Counted from the first letter of the stretch, positions 34,971-45,473 are shown. The stretch: DNA of 64,000 nucleotides from an uncultured Saprospiraceae bacterium (GCA_964641965.1 CAZXLD010000015.1:17516-81515), one strand, 5' to 3'. Numbers and translations: made by a program. Notes: generated by a model not told the origin, from the letters alone.

Positions 34971-37337
34971 TCAATTAATAAAGACGATTTTACCAACCTC
35001 AGAATCGGCGGTACCATCAAAGCCCGCAAAATCTGGGTTGGAAGTGCTGAAGATGAGATAAACCCCGGTATTTACCCTTCGACCATTATAATCTCTACCG
35101 TCCCAAATCGCCTGGCCCCCCAGGGCTTCTGTCTGGAATACCAGCCTTCCGGATACATCTGTTATTTTCACAATAGCGTCTCTAGCCAAGCCACGAACTG
35201 TAATGGGTCCATCATAATCCGGTCGAACCGGATTTGGGAAAACTTCAATTTGACTCTGGTGGACAGTTCCTCCCTCCACAGCATCGCCTTGGTAGGACTG
35301 AATGCCCTTGAGTGTACCTATAAAGACCTCTCCGGACTTAGGGTCTATCGTGATGTCCTGGATCGTATTTGAGAATAGTGGAGAGTTGGATTCCGTAAAA
35401 CGCATCACTTCTTCTTCTCCGCTTGGTGAAAGGACAAAGATGCCGTTGTTCGTTCCTACCCACTTTCGGTTAGCGCCATCGACCGCAATGGTGGTCACAT
35501 TCTCTGTTTCCAACAGAAAGGCATTAAAACCGTCTTGTTCTACAATTCGAAGAGTACCTTGACAGAATTCCTCAAACGCACCGAATCCACATTCAAAAAT
35601 GATTACTCCTTTCTCGGTACCCACCCAGACGTCACCATTGAGATCAGCTGCTACACAGCGGACCCGTACCGAAGGCAGATTGCTATTGGAAGTTGTGAAG
35701 AATTTACACCGGTCATCTCCAGGGTCTTCTGGATTCCCTTCATCATACACATAAACACCGCCATTCCAGGCACTCATCCACTTAAACCCATTTAGATCCA
35801 CGTCAATCTCATATACCCGAATGGTGGGATCTCCGCACAATCGATAGGAGGTCCACTCTCCATCTGCAGAAAGACTTGCCAGGGAATTGGTAGCCTCTGG
35901 ATTGGTAATCCAAAGCGTATTATCCTCATCAAAGGCAAGACCGGCGGCACGCGTTCGAGTATTGAGAACTCTGGAACGACCCAAAGCTGAATTGGTTTCA
36001 TCAAAAACCACCATCTCCTCCCCGTTCCACTGAGCAAGCCCACGCATATAGGATGCCGCATATACAAACCCGGTAGCTGGATTTACGGCGACATCAATAA
36101 AGTCAAGTAGGTTGTCGTCAAAATTATCGGGATCGCCTTCGAAAATTGGGGTATTCTCAATGTTGAAGGTAGTCCAGTTCCCTTCAATTAGAGAAGAAAA
36201 ACCGTCCCGGACAAACCGATTACCCAAATTTTGATTAAGCCCTCCTGATGCTAACCAAAAATCCCCTTCCCAAACAGTCATGGCTTTATTTTCGATCGAA
36301 GGTGGACCCTCAAAGCTGGTAATGGAACAGTTTTCCGTATCCAGATTGTCAACCCGTCTGAACCCTTGGCCGCGGTCGGCAAGCCAAACTCTGCCCTGCT
36401 GATCTTCAACAGCATCTTTAGGATCAAAGTGGCACCCTCCCCCTAATGTTTGGAGATTGCCCTGAGCAGTAAGCACCTCCACACTAGCCCTGCAGCCTTC
36501 CGGGCAAGACCCAAATCCAATGAAAAGATTGTTAGACGAAGCAGAAAGATAATTGACCGGACGAGTTTCACTTGCACGAACTGGAATTACCTCTTCCCCC
36601 CCGGCCTGATAGCTGTATACCGTATCCCCCAGGTTGAAATACAATTGGTCCTGGAAAGTAGATAAGCTGTTGGAAGTATACGAACTTGGCAGACCTTGAT
36701 CAGGCCCAAAAAACTCCCAGTTACCAAAATCGGCCAGATTATCAGCAGATAAAGGTGCCCTGAAAATTCCATCATTCGAGGCTGCATATAGAGTGTCTCT
36801 GAATACTGCCAAGTCTAGGACCGGAAAGCCTGAGAAAGTAGTGAATACAAATTCCTGCTGGACCAGATTGATTTCGGACAACCCAAAATTGGTCGCGATG
36901 ACAATAGTTGAGTCATTAAAAGACCGGATTCGGTTAATGCTTTTATCTGAGGAGATCCCGTCAAAGTTCAGGATTTGGCTATTGGTGACAATCTCCTCTC
37001 CACGTATGAAATCGAGGATACTGTTTTGATAAGTGACCACCAGGGTTTCGGTAGGCTGATGGTAGAAGCACAATTCGGGAGAAGATTCAGAAAACCCGTC
37101 TATTTTCGATAGGAAGGTTACAGAAAGATCCTCTTTATCGAAGGCAACCAGGCCTTCACCGGTGGTAAAAAAGACTTCATTCTGGCTTTGGGTAACGGCA
37201 ACACCAGCAACGAAGGGTAGCAGACTTCGCCAAGTGCCAATTGCCTGGTTTTGTTGACCTTGCAGCAATTGGGCAGTGATTACCAGCACCGAAAGAACGG
37301 CAATTCGAACAAGCATCGCATTCAATTTATTGAACAA
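34971..37337 (-). CDS. PorZ-like beta-propeller protein with T9SS C-terminal domain
   Basis: Signal peptide, then about 650 aa of repeats resembling the two-component-regulator-propeller type. The C-terminus is VFPNPVRPDYDGPITVRGLARDAIVKITDVSGRLVFQTEALGGQAIWDGRDYNGRRVNTGVYLIFS, which I recall as characteristic of PorZ-type proteins. Confidence 0.55.
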   Translation of the reverse strand: MFNKLNAMLVRIAVLSVLVITAQLLQGQQNQAIGTWRSLLPFVAGVAVTQSQNEVFFTTGEGLVAFDKEDLSVTFLSKIDGFSESSPELCFYHQPTETLVVTYQNSILDFIRGEEIVTNSQILNFDGISSDKSINRIRSFNDSTIVIATNFGLSEINLVQQEFVFTTFSGFPVLDLAVFRDTLYAASNDGIFRAPLSADNLADFGNWEFFGPDQGLPSSYTSNSLSTFQDQLYFNLGDTVYSYQAGGEEVIPVRASETRPVNYLSASSNNLFIGFGSCPEGCRASVEVLTAQGNLQTLGGGCHFDPKDAVEDQQGRVWLADRGQGFRRVDNLDTENCSITSFEGPPSIENKAMTVWEGDFWLASGGLNQNLGNRFVRDGFSSLIEGNWTTFNIENTPIFEGDPDNFDDNLLDFIDVAVNPATGFVYAASYMRGLAQWNGEEMVVFDETNSALGRSRVLNTRTRAAGLAFDEDNTLWITNPEATNSLASLSADGEWTSYRLCGDPTIRVYEIDVDLNGFKWMSAWNGGVYVYDEGNPEDPGDDRCKFFTTSNSNLPSVRVRCVAADLNGDVWVGTEKGVIIFECGFGAFEEFCQGTLRIVEQDGFNAFLLETENVTTIAVDGANRKWVGTNNGIFVLSPSGEEEVMRFTESNSPLFSNTIQDITIDPKSGEVFIGTLKGIQSYQGDAVEGGTVHQSQIEVFPNPVRPDYDGPITVRGLARDAIVKITDVSGRLVFQTEALGGQAIWDGRDYNGRRVNTGVYLIFSTSNPDFAGFDGTADSEVGKIVFIN

Positions 37338-37394
37338 TAACCCGAAAGGCGCACCCGCTAGTATACAATGAAGGCGTCCTTAGGCAGGTAAATA

Positions 37395-37970
37395 TCATCG
37401 ATAAAGACGGTTGTCTGACAAGTAACGAAATACAGGCTCCGGAACCAGATATCGAATGGACCTACCCTCCTTCAGGCATTGGCGAATATAAGTAGCTGAA
37501 ATCTGCAATAGTGGAGCTTCATATACGACTACGTTCGGATGACTATCATAAGCCCCATTGGATGCGTTAGGTCTACGATACACTCGAATCTGATAATCCC
37601 GCAAGAGGAGCTCGAAGTTTTTCCATTTATGCAAACTATTCAGATTGTCCGATCCCATGATCAGCGCAAATGATCGGGTGGGATACCGCTCTTTCAGGTA
37701 GGTCAATGTGTCTATAGTGTAAGAAGGCTTGGGAAGGCCAAACTCAATATCGCTTGCCCTAAGCATAGAATTGTCCTCCACTGCCAAGTGGACCAAATGA
37801 AGCCGATCATAATCGTTGGCCAGGCTCGATTTAGGCTTTAGTGGATTATGTGGAGAAACCACCAGCCAAACTTCCTCCAGATCGGTTTGGGTAGCCATGT
37901 AATTGGCAATGATCAAATGCCCGATGTGGATGGGATTAAAAGATCCAAAAAAAAGTCCGGTTCGTTTCAT
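37395..37970 (-). CDS. nadD: Nicotinate-nucleotide adenylyltransferase
   Basis: GLFFGSFNPIHIGHL (HxGH-type nucleotidyltransferase motif) and a C-terminal ISATYIR motif. 191 aa. Confidence 0.9.
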   Translation of the reverse strand: MKRTGLFFGSFNPIHIGHLIIANYMATQTDLEEVWLVVSPHNPLKPKSSLANDYDRLHLVHLAVEDNSMLRASDIEFGLPKPSYTIDTLTYLKERYPTRSFALIMGSDNLNSLHKWKNFELLLRDYQIRVYRRPNASNGAYDSHPNVVVYEAPLLQISATYIRQCLKEGRSIRYLVPEPVFRYLSDNRLYR

Positions 37971-37995
37971 GGGTAAAAGGGAAAGTATGTTGCCA

Positions 37996-38349
37996 CTAAT
38001 CCAGGGGAAGATCCACTTTCCAGGTATCTTCTAGTTGTTTCAATCGGAAGGTCATATCGTAACGGACTTCTTGGTCTTCGATCTCACAAATACAATCTAT
38101 GAATACCCCAGCTCGCTGACAATCAATGGATAAGAAACTGGATTCAAGTCGAGTAGTATCAGTTGGAAACTTTTTCATCAGGGTTTCCACATCAGCCAAC
38201 CTTCTAGCTTCTTCAGGTGTACTCAGCGCCATGGCCGATTGAAAATCATTTTGATCTAAATAAGCCTGATAAGCTCGAACTACTTCCTCCGGGCTGGTGG
38301 TTGTTGAATTGCAAGCTGAAAACAAGAGCATATAGAATAGAAAAGGCAT
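37996..38349 (-). CDS. Small lipoprotein of unknown function
   Basis: The internal ATG at 38349 gives MPFLFYMLLFSACNS with a lipobox (FSAC). No recognisable domain. Confidence 0.4.
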   Translation of the reverse strand: MPFLFYMLLFSACNSTTTSPEEVVRAYQAYLDQNDFQSAMALSTPEEARRLADVETLMKKFPTDTTRLESSFLSIDCQRAGVFIDCICEIEDQEVRYDMTFRLKQLEDTWKVDLPLD

Positions 38350-38422
38350 GGGCAAAGACCAATTCTTATGCACAAATGCTCTTTCCTGCCTAGATCCCTT
38401 ATTGCATTCAGGCATTTTAAAC

Positions 38423-39538
38423 CTAATTGCTAAGCATTACAGGCATGACCAACATGAGAATACTCTCTCCATCAGGTTCTTCGGTTGGCAATAAAATGCC
38501 TGCGCGGGTAGGAGAGGCCAATTCCATTTTCACTTCATCTGAATCCAGGACCCCTAACATTTCAACTAGAAACTTGGCATTAAAACCAATGGTTATGGGT
38601 TCACCTTCATAGGTACAGGGAAGACTTTCAGAGGCTTCGTTGGAAAAGTCTAAGTCTTGAGCAGAAACATTAATACGGCCATTGTCAATACCTAACACTA
38701 CCTGATTGGTGGTTTTGTTTGCGAATATGGCTATCCGTTTCAATGAACTTTGAAAGTCTTCGCGCGCAATCGTCAGGATGTTTGGGTTATCGACCGGAAT
38801 CACAGCGTTGTAGTCCGGGTAGCGGGCGTCAATCAGTCTACAAATCAATTGGGTATTTCCAAATTGAAAAAATGCATTGGCTTTATTGAACGATAAAAGC
38901 ACCTCTTCACCAGCCGGCAAAGCCCCTTTCAGCAGATTTAACCCCTTTTTAGGTACAATAAAGGAAGTACTTACTTGTGAGGAGAGGTTGTTAAAAGTAT
39001 ACTTGACCAATTTGTGTGCATCTGTAGCGGCCATGGTCAACTTAGTCATCTCCACTTGGAAATAAACCCCGGTCATCGCTGGGCGAAGTTCGTCGTTACT
39101 CGTTGCAAACAAGGTTTTGTTGATTGCCTGGATCAACATATTGGATTGCAAGCTTACCTGATCTACATTTTCAGCCTCCGGTAAACTGGGGTAGTCTTCC
39201 CCGTTTTCTCCTGCCAGTTTATACTTTCCTACAGAAGAGGTAATCTCGATGTTAAAATTATCCTCATCAACGGAGAAGGAAATAGGCTGAGCAGGTAAGG
39301 CCTTTAAAGTATCTACTAGGATTCTCGCTGGAACAGCAACTTGGCCTTCCTTTTCCTCATTAACTTCAATTTCGGTAATGATCGAGGTTTCCAGATCAGT
39401 AGCAGCAATAGTAAGCTTACCATCTTTCAGGGTAAATAGGAAATCATCCAGTATGGGTAAAACCGGATTGGAAGAGATCGTCCCGCTAGCAATTTGTAGT
39501 TGCTTGAGAAAATCCGCTGAAGAGACGCTAAACTTCAT
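38423..39538 (-). CDS. dnaN: DNA polymerase III beta sliding clamp
   Basis: MKFSVSSADFLKQLQ opening and three-domain clamp length, with ...RLIDARYPDYNAVIP... and a C-terminal MLVMPVML. No dnaA lies adjacent. Confidence 0.95.
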   Translation of the reverse strand: MKFSVSSADFLKQLQIASGTISSNPVLPILDDFLFTLKDGKLTIAATDLETSIITEIEVNEEKEGQVAVPARILVDTLKALPAQPISFSVDEDNFNIEITSSVGKYKLAGENGEDYPSLPEAENVDQVSLQSNMLIQAINKTLFATSNDELRPAMTGVYFQVEMTKLTMAATDAHKLVKYTFNNLSSQVSTSFIVPKKGLNLLKGALPAGEEVLLSFNKANAFFQFGNTQLICRLIDARYPDYNAVIPVDNPNILTIAREDFQSSLKRIAIFANKTTNQVVLGIDNGRINVSAQDLDFSNEASESLPCTYEGEPITIGFNAKFLVEMLGVLDSDEVKMELASPTRAGILLPTEEPDGESILMLVMPVMLSN

Positions 39539-39577
39539 GGTATACGACAATTGAGTTAGTTAGTACCAGATAACGAA

Positions 39578-39585
39578 CAAAAATA
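39578..39585 (-). promoter_or_regulatory. Candidate -7 promoter element (TATTTTTG on the minus strand) for dnaN
   Basis: The plus strand reads CAAAAATA at 39578..39585, 40 nt upstream of the dnaN ATG. Confidence 0.3.
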
Positions 39586-39614
39586 GTTTTTCTACGATTA
39601 TTTTGTTTCTTGAA

Positions 39615-39635
39615 TAATCCACAAGTTGTGGATAT
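39615..39635. promoter_or_regulatory. Inverted pair of DnaA-box-like 9-mers
   Basis: TAATCCACA (39615..39623) and TGTGGATAT (39627..39635). Each has one mismatch to TTATCCACA/TGTGGATAA. Together they form the palindrome ATCCACAA-G-TTGTGGAT. Confidence 0.4.
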
Positions 39636-39666
39636 TCGGGTCTCCTGCAGCCCTTAGAATGAATTC

Positions 39667-40947
39667 ATGCCTAACCGACGTATCCCTCCAATTATCCATC
39701 CGGTCTCCAAAGTAGTGCTCCCTGTTCCGGAGCAAATGCTGCTCTCTAATGGCATCCCGCTTTACAGGATTCCCCCGGGACAAGAGGAAATGCTTCGGCT
39801 GGACATTCTGATCGATGCCGGTAGGCCTCGGGAAAAGGCTCCTTTAGCAGCTCGTGCAGTGGGATCCTTATTGAAAGAGGGTACTGCCTCTTTTTCAGGT
39901 GCAGAAGTGGCAGAACAATTTGATTTTTATGGGGCTACCCTATCAACTCCGTTCCAAATGGACGGTATCCATCTAGTCGTGTACACTTTGTCCAAGCATG
40001 CCACCAAAATAATACCCATCGTTGCATCAGTTTTGCTTGAGCCAACTTTCCCGGATACCGAGTTGGACAATATGAAGGAACGGTATGCACGACATTTAGA
40101 GGTAGAATTGAGAAAAACGGATGTGGTTGCCTATCGTGAACTAACACAACACCTTTTCGGAAAATCTCATCCCTATGGATATAACAGCACCTCTGAATTG
40201 TATAACAATATTACCAGGCAGATGGTCCGGGAGCACTACCAGACCCACTTTCATGCCGGCAACTGTCGCCTGATCCTAAGCGGTGGGGCGGGAGAAGCAA
40301 TTATCCAGCTCATTGACCGTCTAATTTGCCAACCTATGAGAAAGGGGAGTAATAAGCCATTTGATATTCCCGCTCCTAGCATAGAGCAGCCCAGCAGCTA
40401 TCGCCAAAGCCTGCTTCCTTCTGTCCAAACAGCCATCCGAATCGGGAGGCGTGTACCTACAAGACACCACCCGGATTACCCGGGTTTATACCTTCTGAAT
40501 ACCATCTTGGGCGGTTATTTCGGTTCCAGATTGATGGCTAATATCCGGGAGGAAAAAGGGTATACCTACAACATCTATTCCAGTTTGGACAGCATGCGTT
40601 TTGGTGCTTATTTCTACATCGGTACCGAAGTGGGTCATGAATTCGTAGAACCCACATTGGATGAAATAAAAAAAGAAATCCATCAGCTTCAGCATGAACC
40701 AGTGCCTGAGGAAGAGCTCCAAATGGTAAAGAACTATATCATGGGAAGCTATTTAACACTCTTGGACGGACCATTCCAAGTGGCCGACCTGATCAAAGGG
40801 TTCTTACTGGAGGATGTTCCTTTCGAACAATTCAAGAACTGGATTGAAGAAATAAATGTCCTGGATGAAGATCGAATTCTTGAACTTGCCAACCTCTATC
40901 TAGCCGATGATGAAATGTGGGAAGTGATTGTAGGAAATGCATCTTAA
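39667..40947 (+). CDS. M16 (pitrilysin/insulinase) family protein, apparently lacking the HxxEH zinc motif
   Basis: Two-domain M16 architecture with GSRLMANIREEKGYTYNIYSS in the C-terminal half. I could not find an HxxEH motif in the N-terminal region. Confidence 0.7.
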   Translation: MPNRRIPPIIHPVSKVVLPVPEQMLLSNGIPLYRIPPGQEEMLRLDILIDAGRPREKAPLAARAVGSLLKEGTASFSGAEVAEQFDFYGATLSTPFQMDGIHLVVYTLSKHATKIIPIVASVLLEPTFPDTELDNMKERYARHLEVELRKTDVVAYRELTQHLFGKSHPYGYNSTSELYNNITRQMVREHYQTHFHAGNCRLILSGGAGEAIIQLIDRLICQPMRKGSNKPFDIPAPSIEQPSSYRQSLLPSVQTAIRIGRRVPTRHHPDYPGLYLLNTILGGYFGSRLMANIREEKGYTYNIYSSLDSMRFGAYFYIGTEVGHEFVEPTLDEIKKEIHQLQHEPVPEEELQMVKNYIMGSYLTLLDGPFQVADLIKGFLLEDVPFEQFKNWIEEINVLDEDRILELANLYLADDEMWEVIVGNAS

Positions 40948-41200
40948 TTACTGACTATCAGCCCCTTATAACTCACATGGTTTGGCAGATCACTTCCCGA
41001 ACAATAGTGTTATATTTAGGGCTGAACGAAAGAAAAAATGTTACCTGCGGTTTTTAGAAAATTCCTTTTTTTGCATGGCTTAGTGGGGCTAATGACTTGG
41101 AAACTTAATCGTTGAACGTGCACTAAAACTCAATTTGCTGAAGAGCATTTCTGGGTCGCTATGAGGATACTAATTTTACAACCGCATCACATTATAACAC

Positions 41201-42241
41201 ATGCGCCTATTCAGCTTGTTTCGACAGGAGCTTGCTATCGACCTTGGCACAGCCAATACTTTGATCATCCAGGATGGAAATGTGGTCGTGGATGAGCCAT
41301 CTATTGTTGCCCTGGATAACACCACCAAAGAGACTATAGCCGTTGGGAAAAAAGCCATGCAAATGCATGAGCGTACCCACAATAATATTCGAACCATTCG
41401 CCCGCTCAAGGATGGCGTTATTGCCGACTTTCAAGCGGCAGAACGTATGATAGAAGGCCTCATACGAATGATAAATAATAAACGACGCTTGTTGAGCCAT
41501 CTGAAAATGGTGATCTGTATTCCCTCTGGAATTACCGAAGTAGAAAAGCGTGCTGTATTTGATTCGGCAGACCATGTAGACTCCAAGGAGACTTATTTGA
41601 TCTACGAACCTATGGCTGCTGCGCTCGGGATCGGGTTGGACGTGGAGGAGCCAGAAGGTAATATGATTATCGATATCGGCGGAGGTACTACCGAAATTGC
41701 GGTAATTGCCCTCTCTGGAATTGTGGGGGACCAGTCTATTCGGATAGCCGGCGATGAGTTTACCCAAGACATTGTGGAGTACATGAAACGACACCACAAT
41801 CTCTTAATTGGAGAACGAACCGCAGAGCAGATCAAAATTCAGGTTGGATCAGCATTAAAAGAATTGGAAACGCCGCCGGATGACTACGCTGTCAACGGGC
41901 GGGACCTGATGACCGGAATACCCAAGCAGGTCAAAATCACCTATTCCGAAATAGCGCAAGCATTGGATAAATCAATTTCGAAAATAGAGGATGCCATTCT
42001 CAACGCCCTGGAGAATACACCACCAGAGCTTTCCTCTGATATTTTTAAAAATGGTTTGTATCTGACGGGAGGAGGAGCCTTGCTTCGTGGGCTCGGACAC
42101 CGTATTTCTCAAAAGACCAAGCTCGCCGTGCATGTTGCTGAAGATCCGCTCCGAGCAGTTGTCAAAGGCACCGGAATTGCGCTTAAAAACACCGATCACT
42201 ATAAATCCATCCTTATAGCAAGAGACCGAAGAGGCATCTAG
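41201..42241 (+). CDS. mreB: Rod shape-determining actin homologue MreB
   Basis: ELAIDLGTANTLI, RPLKDGVIADF, IDIGGGTTEIAVI and LTGGGALLRGL motifs. Confidence 0.95.
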   Translation: MRLFSLFRQELAIDLGTANTLIIQDGNVVVDEPSIVALDNTTKETIAVGKKAMQMHERTHNNIRTIRPLKDGVIADFQAAERMIEGLIRMINNKRRLLSHLKMVICIPSGITEVEKRAVFDSADHVDSKETYLIYEPMAAALGIGLDVEEPEGNMIIDIGGGTTEIAVIALSGIVGDQSIRIAGDEFTQDIVEYMKRHHNLLIGERTAEQIKIQVGSALKELETPPDDYAVNGRDLMTGIPKQVKITYSEIAQALDKSISKIEDAILNALENTPPELSSDIFKNGLYLTGGGALLRGLGHRISQKTKLAVHVAEDPLRAVVKGTGIALKNTDHYKSILIARDRRGI

Positions 42242-42269
42242 AATCCGGGTTTGAAAAAATGAACATAGT

Positions 42270-43112
42270 ATGCAACGGCTGATTCGATTCTTTATCCGGT
42301 ACAGTCAGTTCTTCATTTTTCTATTCTTGGAAATGATTGCCCTGTTTATGGTGGTTACCTACAATCAGAAACAGCGGGATATCTTTAATGGCAGTACCAC
42401 GGCTGTGGTAGCTTATCTGTATCAAAGTCAAAAAATCTTTACCGATTACGTTGACCTCCGGCAAAAGGTAAATGACCTGTCTCAGGAAAATGCAGCCCTA
42501 AGGAGATCCGTGTATGAACAAAAGACCTTGCTCCGAAAACTCCAACGCAGGCCCGAGGCTCCTAAGCTTGATCCAACCTTTATTGACTCCACCTACCGCT
42601 TTATTCCGGCTTCGGTCTTGAGTAATTCCCAAAGCTTGCGCAATAACTTTATCACACTCGAAAATGGTAGTGATCACGGTATTCGCTCAGGTATGGGGGT
42701 TATTGGTCCGGAAGGTGTCGTAGGGATCGTCAGCCACGTCACTCCGCAATACAGTCGAGTCATGTCCATGTTGCATTCCCAGTTTCGCTTATCTGCCGGC
42801 CTGGAAGGAAAAAACTACTTTGGCACCTTACAATGGCCAGGTAGAAACGTAAAGCTTTTTCGCTTGGATGATATCCCCATACATGCAGAAATTGAGAAAG
42901 GTGACCTTGTGGAAACCAGCGGCTTCTCTTACATTTTTCCCCGAGGTATTCAGATAGGGACCGTACAGGAAATAACCATTCCCAGAGGAGGGTACTATTA
43001 CGAATTGTCTGTTGAATTATCTCAGGATCTTTCCAATTTGCATAGTGTGTATGTTGTAGATCACCCTTACAGCGACAATTTAGAAGCGCTCAATACCGAC
43101 TTTGATTTATGA
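42270..43112 (+). CDS. mreC: Rod shape-determining protein MreC
   Basis: N-terminal TM helix, a coiled-coil (NDLSQENAALRRSV), and a C-terminal beta domain (GVIGPEGVVGIV, DLVETSG...FPRGIQIGTV). Confidence 0.85.
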   Translation: MQRLIRFFIRYSQFFIFLFLEMIALFMVVTYNQKQRDIFNGSTTAVVAYLYQSQKIFTDYVDLRQKVNDLSQENAALRRSVYEQKTLLRKLQRRPEAPKLDPTFIDSTYRFIPASVLSNSQSLRNNFITLENGSDHGIRSGMGVIGPEGVVGIVSHVTPQYSRVMSMLHSQFRLSAGLEGKNYFGTLQWPGRNVKLFRLDDIPIHAEIEKGDLVETSGFSYIFPRGIQIGTVQEITIPRGGYYYELSVELSQDLSNLHSVYVVDHPYSDNLEALNTDFDL

Positions 43113-43627
43113 ATCGCGAAATCGGCGCCCAAGCGTTTACTTTAATCTTGGTTATTGTCCTTCAAGCACTGATTTTCAAGCAGCTGGCTGAATGGGTCGC
43201 CGGTACATACCCGGTACACGTATTCATCTATCCCCTCTTTATACTCTTCCTTCCGCTATCCACGCCCAACTATCTGGTCCTCTTACTTGGGTTTTTGATC
43301 GGATTTTGTGTAGATATTTTTTATTTCAGCTTTGGTGTACATACCAGTGCTTCTGTGTTTACGGCGTTTATTCGCGTAGTATATCTTGAATATTTTAAAC
43401 CTCAGGCGCGATACGAAGGGGAAAAAATAAAATTTCGTGATGTAGACTGGCCCTGGATAGCTCGTTACACGAGTCTTTTATATTTTTTACACATCCTGTG
43501 GTATTTCTCCGTAGAGTTCTTTTCGTTCGCTCTAATTTCCCAAGTGTTAATTCACACCTTATTCAGCTTTTTAGCCTCCCTTATTTTTGTAAGTTTATTC
43601 CTAATGATTTTTAAACCAAGAGGTTGA
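43109..43627 (+). CDS. mreD: Rod shape-determining protein MreD
   Basis: 172-aa polytopic membrane protein in the canonical mreC-mreD-mrdA position, with a 4-nt overlap with mreC. Confidence 0.7.
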   Translation: MNREIGAQAFTLILVIVLQALIFKQLAEWVAGTYPVHVFIYPLFILFLPLSTPNYLVLLLGFLIGFCVDIFYFSFGVHTSASVFTAFIRVVYLEYFKPQARYEGEKIKFRDVDWPWIARYTSLLYFLHILWYFSVEFFSFALISQVLIHTLFSFLASLIFVSLFLMIFKPRG

Positions 43628-43628
43628 C

Positions 43629-45473
43629 ATGGCTGGTATTATGATCCCGAGGCACCTAATCATCCGGTTTATATTCTTTTTTGCGGCCTTGTTCCTGATT
43701 ATCCGGATTTTTATGCTCCAAGTTTGGGAACAATCTTACCAAAGAAGGGCAGAAGCAACTACAGTAGAAGAAATTTTTCTATATCCCTCCAGGGGTTTGG
43801 TTCGCGACCGAAGCGGGAAGATTTTGGTTTATAATAAACCTATGTACGACCTTCTGGCCGTATATAGTCGAATTGACCATCAAAACTTTGATACCCTTCG
43901 CTTTTGCAGTTTGCTAGATATCTCAGAAGAAGAATTTATTGAAAATCTCTCGAAAGACTGGAATAGCCCCAGGTTCTCTAAATCCTTACCCTTTGTATTT
44001 AAAAGTAAGATACCCGATACAGTATATACGCGCTTTCAGGAGTATTTGCATGAGTTTCCAGGCTTTTACACTTCGCTACGAAGCGTAAGAGGCTATCCGC
44101 ATTCCAGCGCTTCTCATTTGGTAGGTACAATTCGAGAAGTTAATCCTGCGGAGGTTGAAGCAGATGATTTTTACGGCCCAGGAGACTACATTGGTGATTC
44201 GGGCCTTGAACTCGCTTACGAAAAAAAGCTAAGAGGTAAAAAAGGCGTACGCTACGTGCTGAAAGACAATCTGGGGAGGGAGGTAGCTGACTTTAGTGAG
44301 AAATCCTCTTCTCCACCTGAACTAGGGGCTGAATTGAGATCTACCATTTCCCTAGAACTCCAATACTATGCTGAATCCTTGATGGCCAATAAAATAGGCA
44401 GTATTGTTGCCCTTGAGCCCAAGACAGGAGAAATTTTAGCAATGGTAAGTACCCCGGGATTTAATCCGAATGACCTGACCATCAGTAATCATAGATCAGA
44501 TGCTTATTTTCGATTGCTAAACGATCCGGGAAAACCATTTTTCGATCGGTCTGTCATGGCTCAATACCCACCCGGTTCTCTGTTCAAGCCTTTGGTAAGC
44601 TTGATTGCCTTGCAAGAAGAGGTCATTCATAAGGACATGACGATCAGCTGTCCAGGTGGATATGCTTTTAATGGAAAGATTCTCACCGGCTGTCATAAAC
44701 ACCCCACTTGTAGAAATGTATCTGAGGCCATTCAACATTCTTGCAACGCCTACTTTGTAACTGCTTTTCGCAGAATTATCGACAAACATGGTTTCTACAA
44801 GGCCGGGGATGGGTTAAAGGATTTCAACGAGCACCTGCGGTCGTTTGGATTAGGTAAACGATTGGGTATTGATTTCCCAAGAGAGAAAGCTGGAAACACC
44901 CCCAGCAAAGCCTATTATGACAAATGGTATAAAGGGCAACGCTGGAATTCCATTTGGCTGAGGTCTCTTGGCATCGGGCAAGGTGAACTCCTCTTGACCA
45001 ACCTGCAAATGGCAAACCTGGCAGCCATCATCGGTAACCAAGGCTACTACAGGGTTCCTCACCTCGTTACAGCTATTGACGGAGAACCCATTGATGAAGA
45101 CCTGCTCCAACCTCAAAAAGTAAAAATCGACGCTCCTCATTTTGAACCCGTTATCCATGGCATGGAACTAGCTGTGAATGCAGGAACGGCTACCCTGGCC
45201 TACATTCCAGATATCCGAGTTTGTGGTAAAACCGGTACAGCAGAAAATCCACATGGCAAAGATCATTCCATTTTTTTTGGATTTGCTCCGCGTGTAAATC
45301 CCAAAATTGCCATTGCGGTATATGTAGAAAATGCTGGTTTTGGCGGTACCTATGCAGCACCCATTGCGAGCCTTGTCATGGAAAAGTGGATTCGCAATAT
45401 GGAAGAGATCCACCCAGCTCGAAAATGGATTGAAAAACGTATGCTGGAAGCCAACTTGATTGCCCAACCCTAA
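43629..45473 (+). CDS. mrdA: Penicillin-binding protein 2 (elongasome transpeptidase)
   Basis: SxxK (PPGSLFKP), SxN (HSCNAYF) and KTGT (CGKTGTAE) motifs, an N-terminal TM anchor, and the PBP dimerisation region. Confidence 0.9.
   Translation: MAGIMIPRHLIIRFIFFFAALFLIIRIFMLQVWEQSYQRRAEATTVEEIFLYPSRGLVRDRSGKILVYNKPMYDLLAVYSRIDHQNFDTLRFCSLLDISEEEFIENLSKDWNSPRFSKSLPFVFKSKIPDTVYTRFQEYLHEFPGFYTSLRSVRGYPHSSASHLVGTIREVNPAEVEADDFYGPGDYIGDSGLELAYEKKLRGKKGVRYVLKDNLGREVADFSEKSSSPPELGAELRSTISLELQYYAESLMANKIGSIVALEPKTGEILAMVSTPGFNPNDLTISNHRSDAYFRLLNDPGKPFFDRSVMAQYPPGSLFKPLVSLIALQEEVIHKDMTISCPGGYAFNGKILTGCHKHPTCRNVSEAIQHSCNAYFVTAFRRIIDKHGFYKAGDGLKDFNEHLRSFGLGKRLGIDFPREKAGNTPSKAYYDKWYKGQRWNSIWLRSLGIGQGELLLTNLQMANLAAIIGNQGYYRVPHLVTAIDGEPIDEDLLQPQKVKIDAPHFEPVIHGMELAVNAGTATLAYIPDIRVCGKTGTAENPHGKDHSIFFGFAPRVNPKIAIAVYVENAGFGGTYAAPIASLVMEKWIRNMEEIHPARKWIEKRMLEANLIAQP

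Noticed and set aside
41207-41797. Long antisense ORFs overlapping well-supported genes. Examples: 196 aa opposite mreB; also 31675..32154, 23341..23748, 52656..53195, 2373..2816 and 6183..6569.
   Set aside because: Each lies entirely inside a gene with strong family motifs on the other strand. Each has a biased, low-information composition and no recognisable motif. These are typical shadow ORFs.
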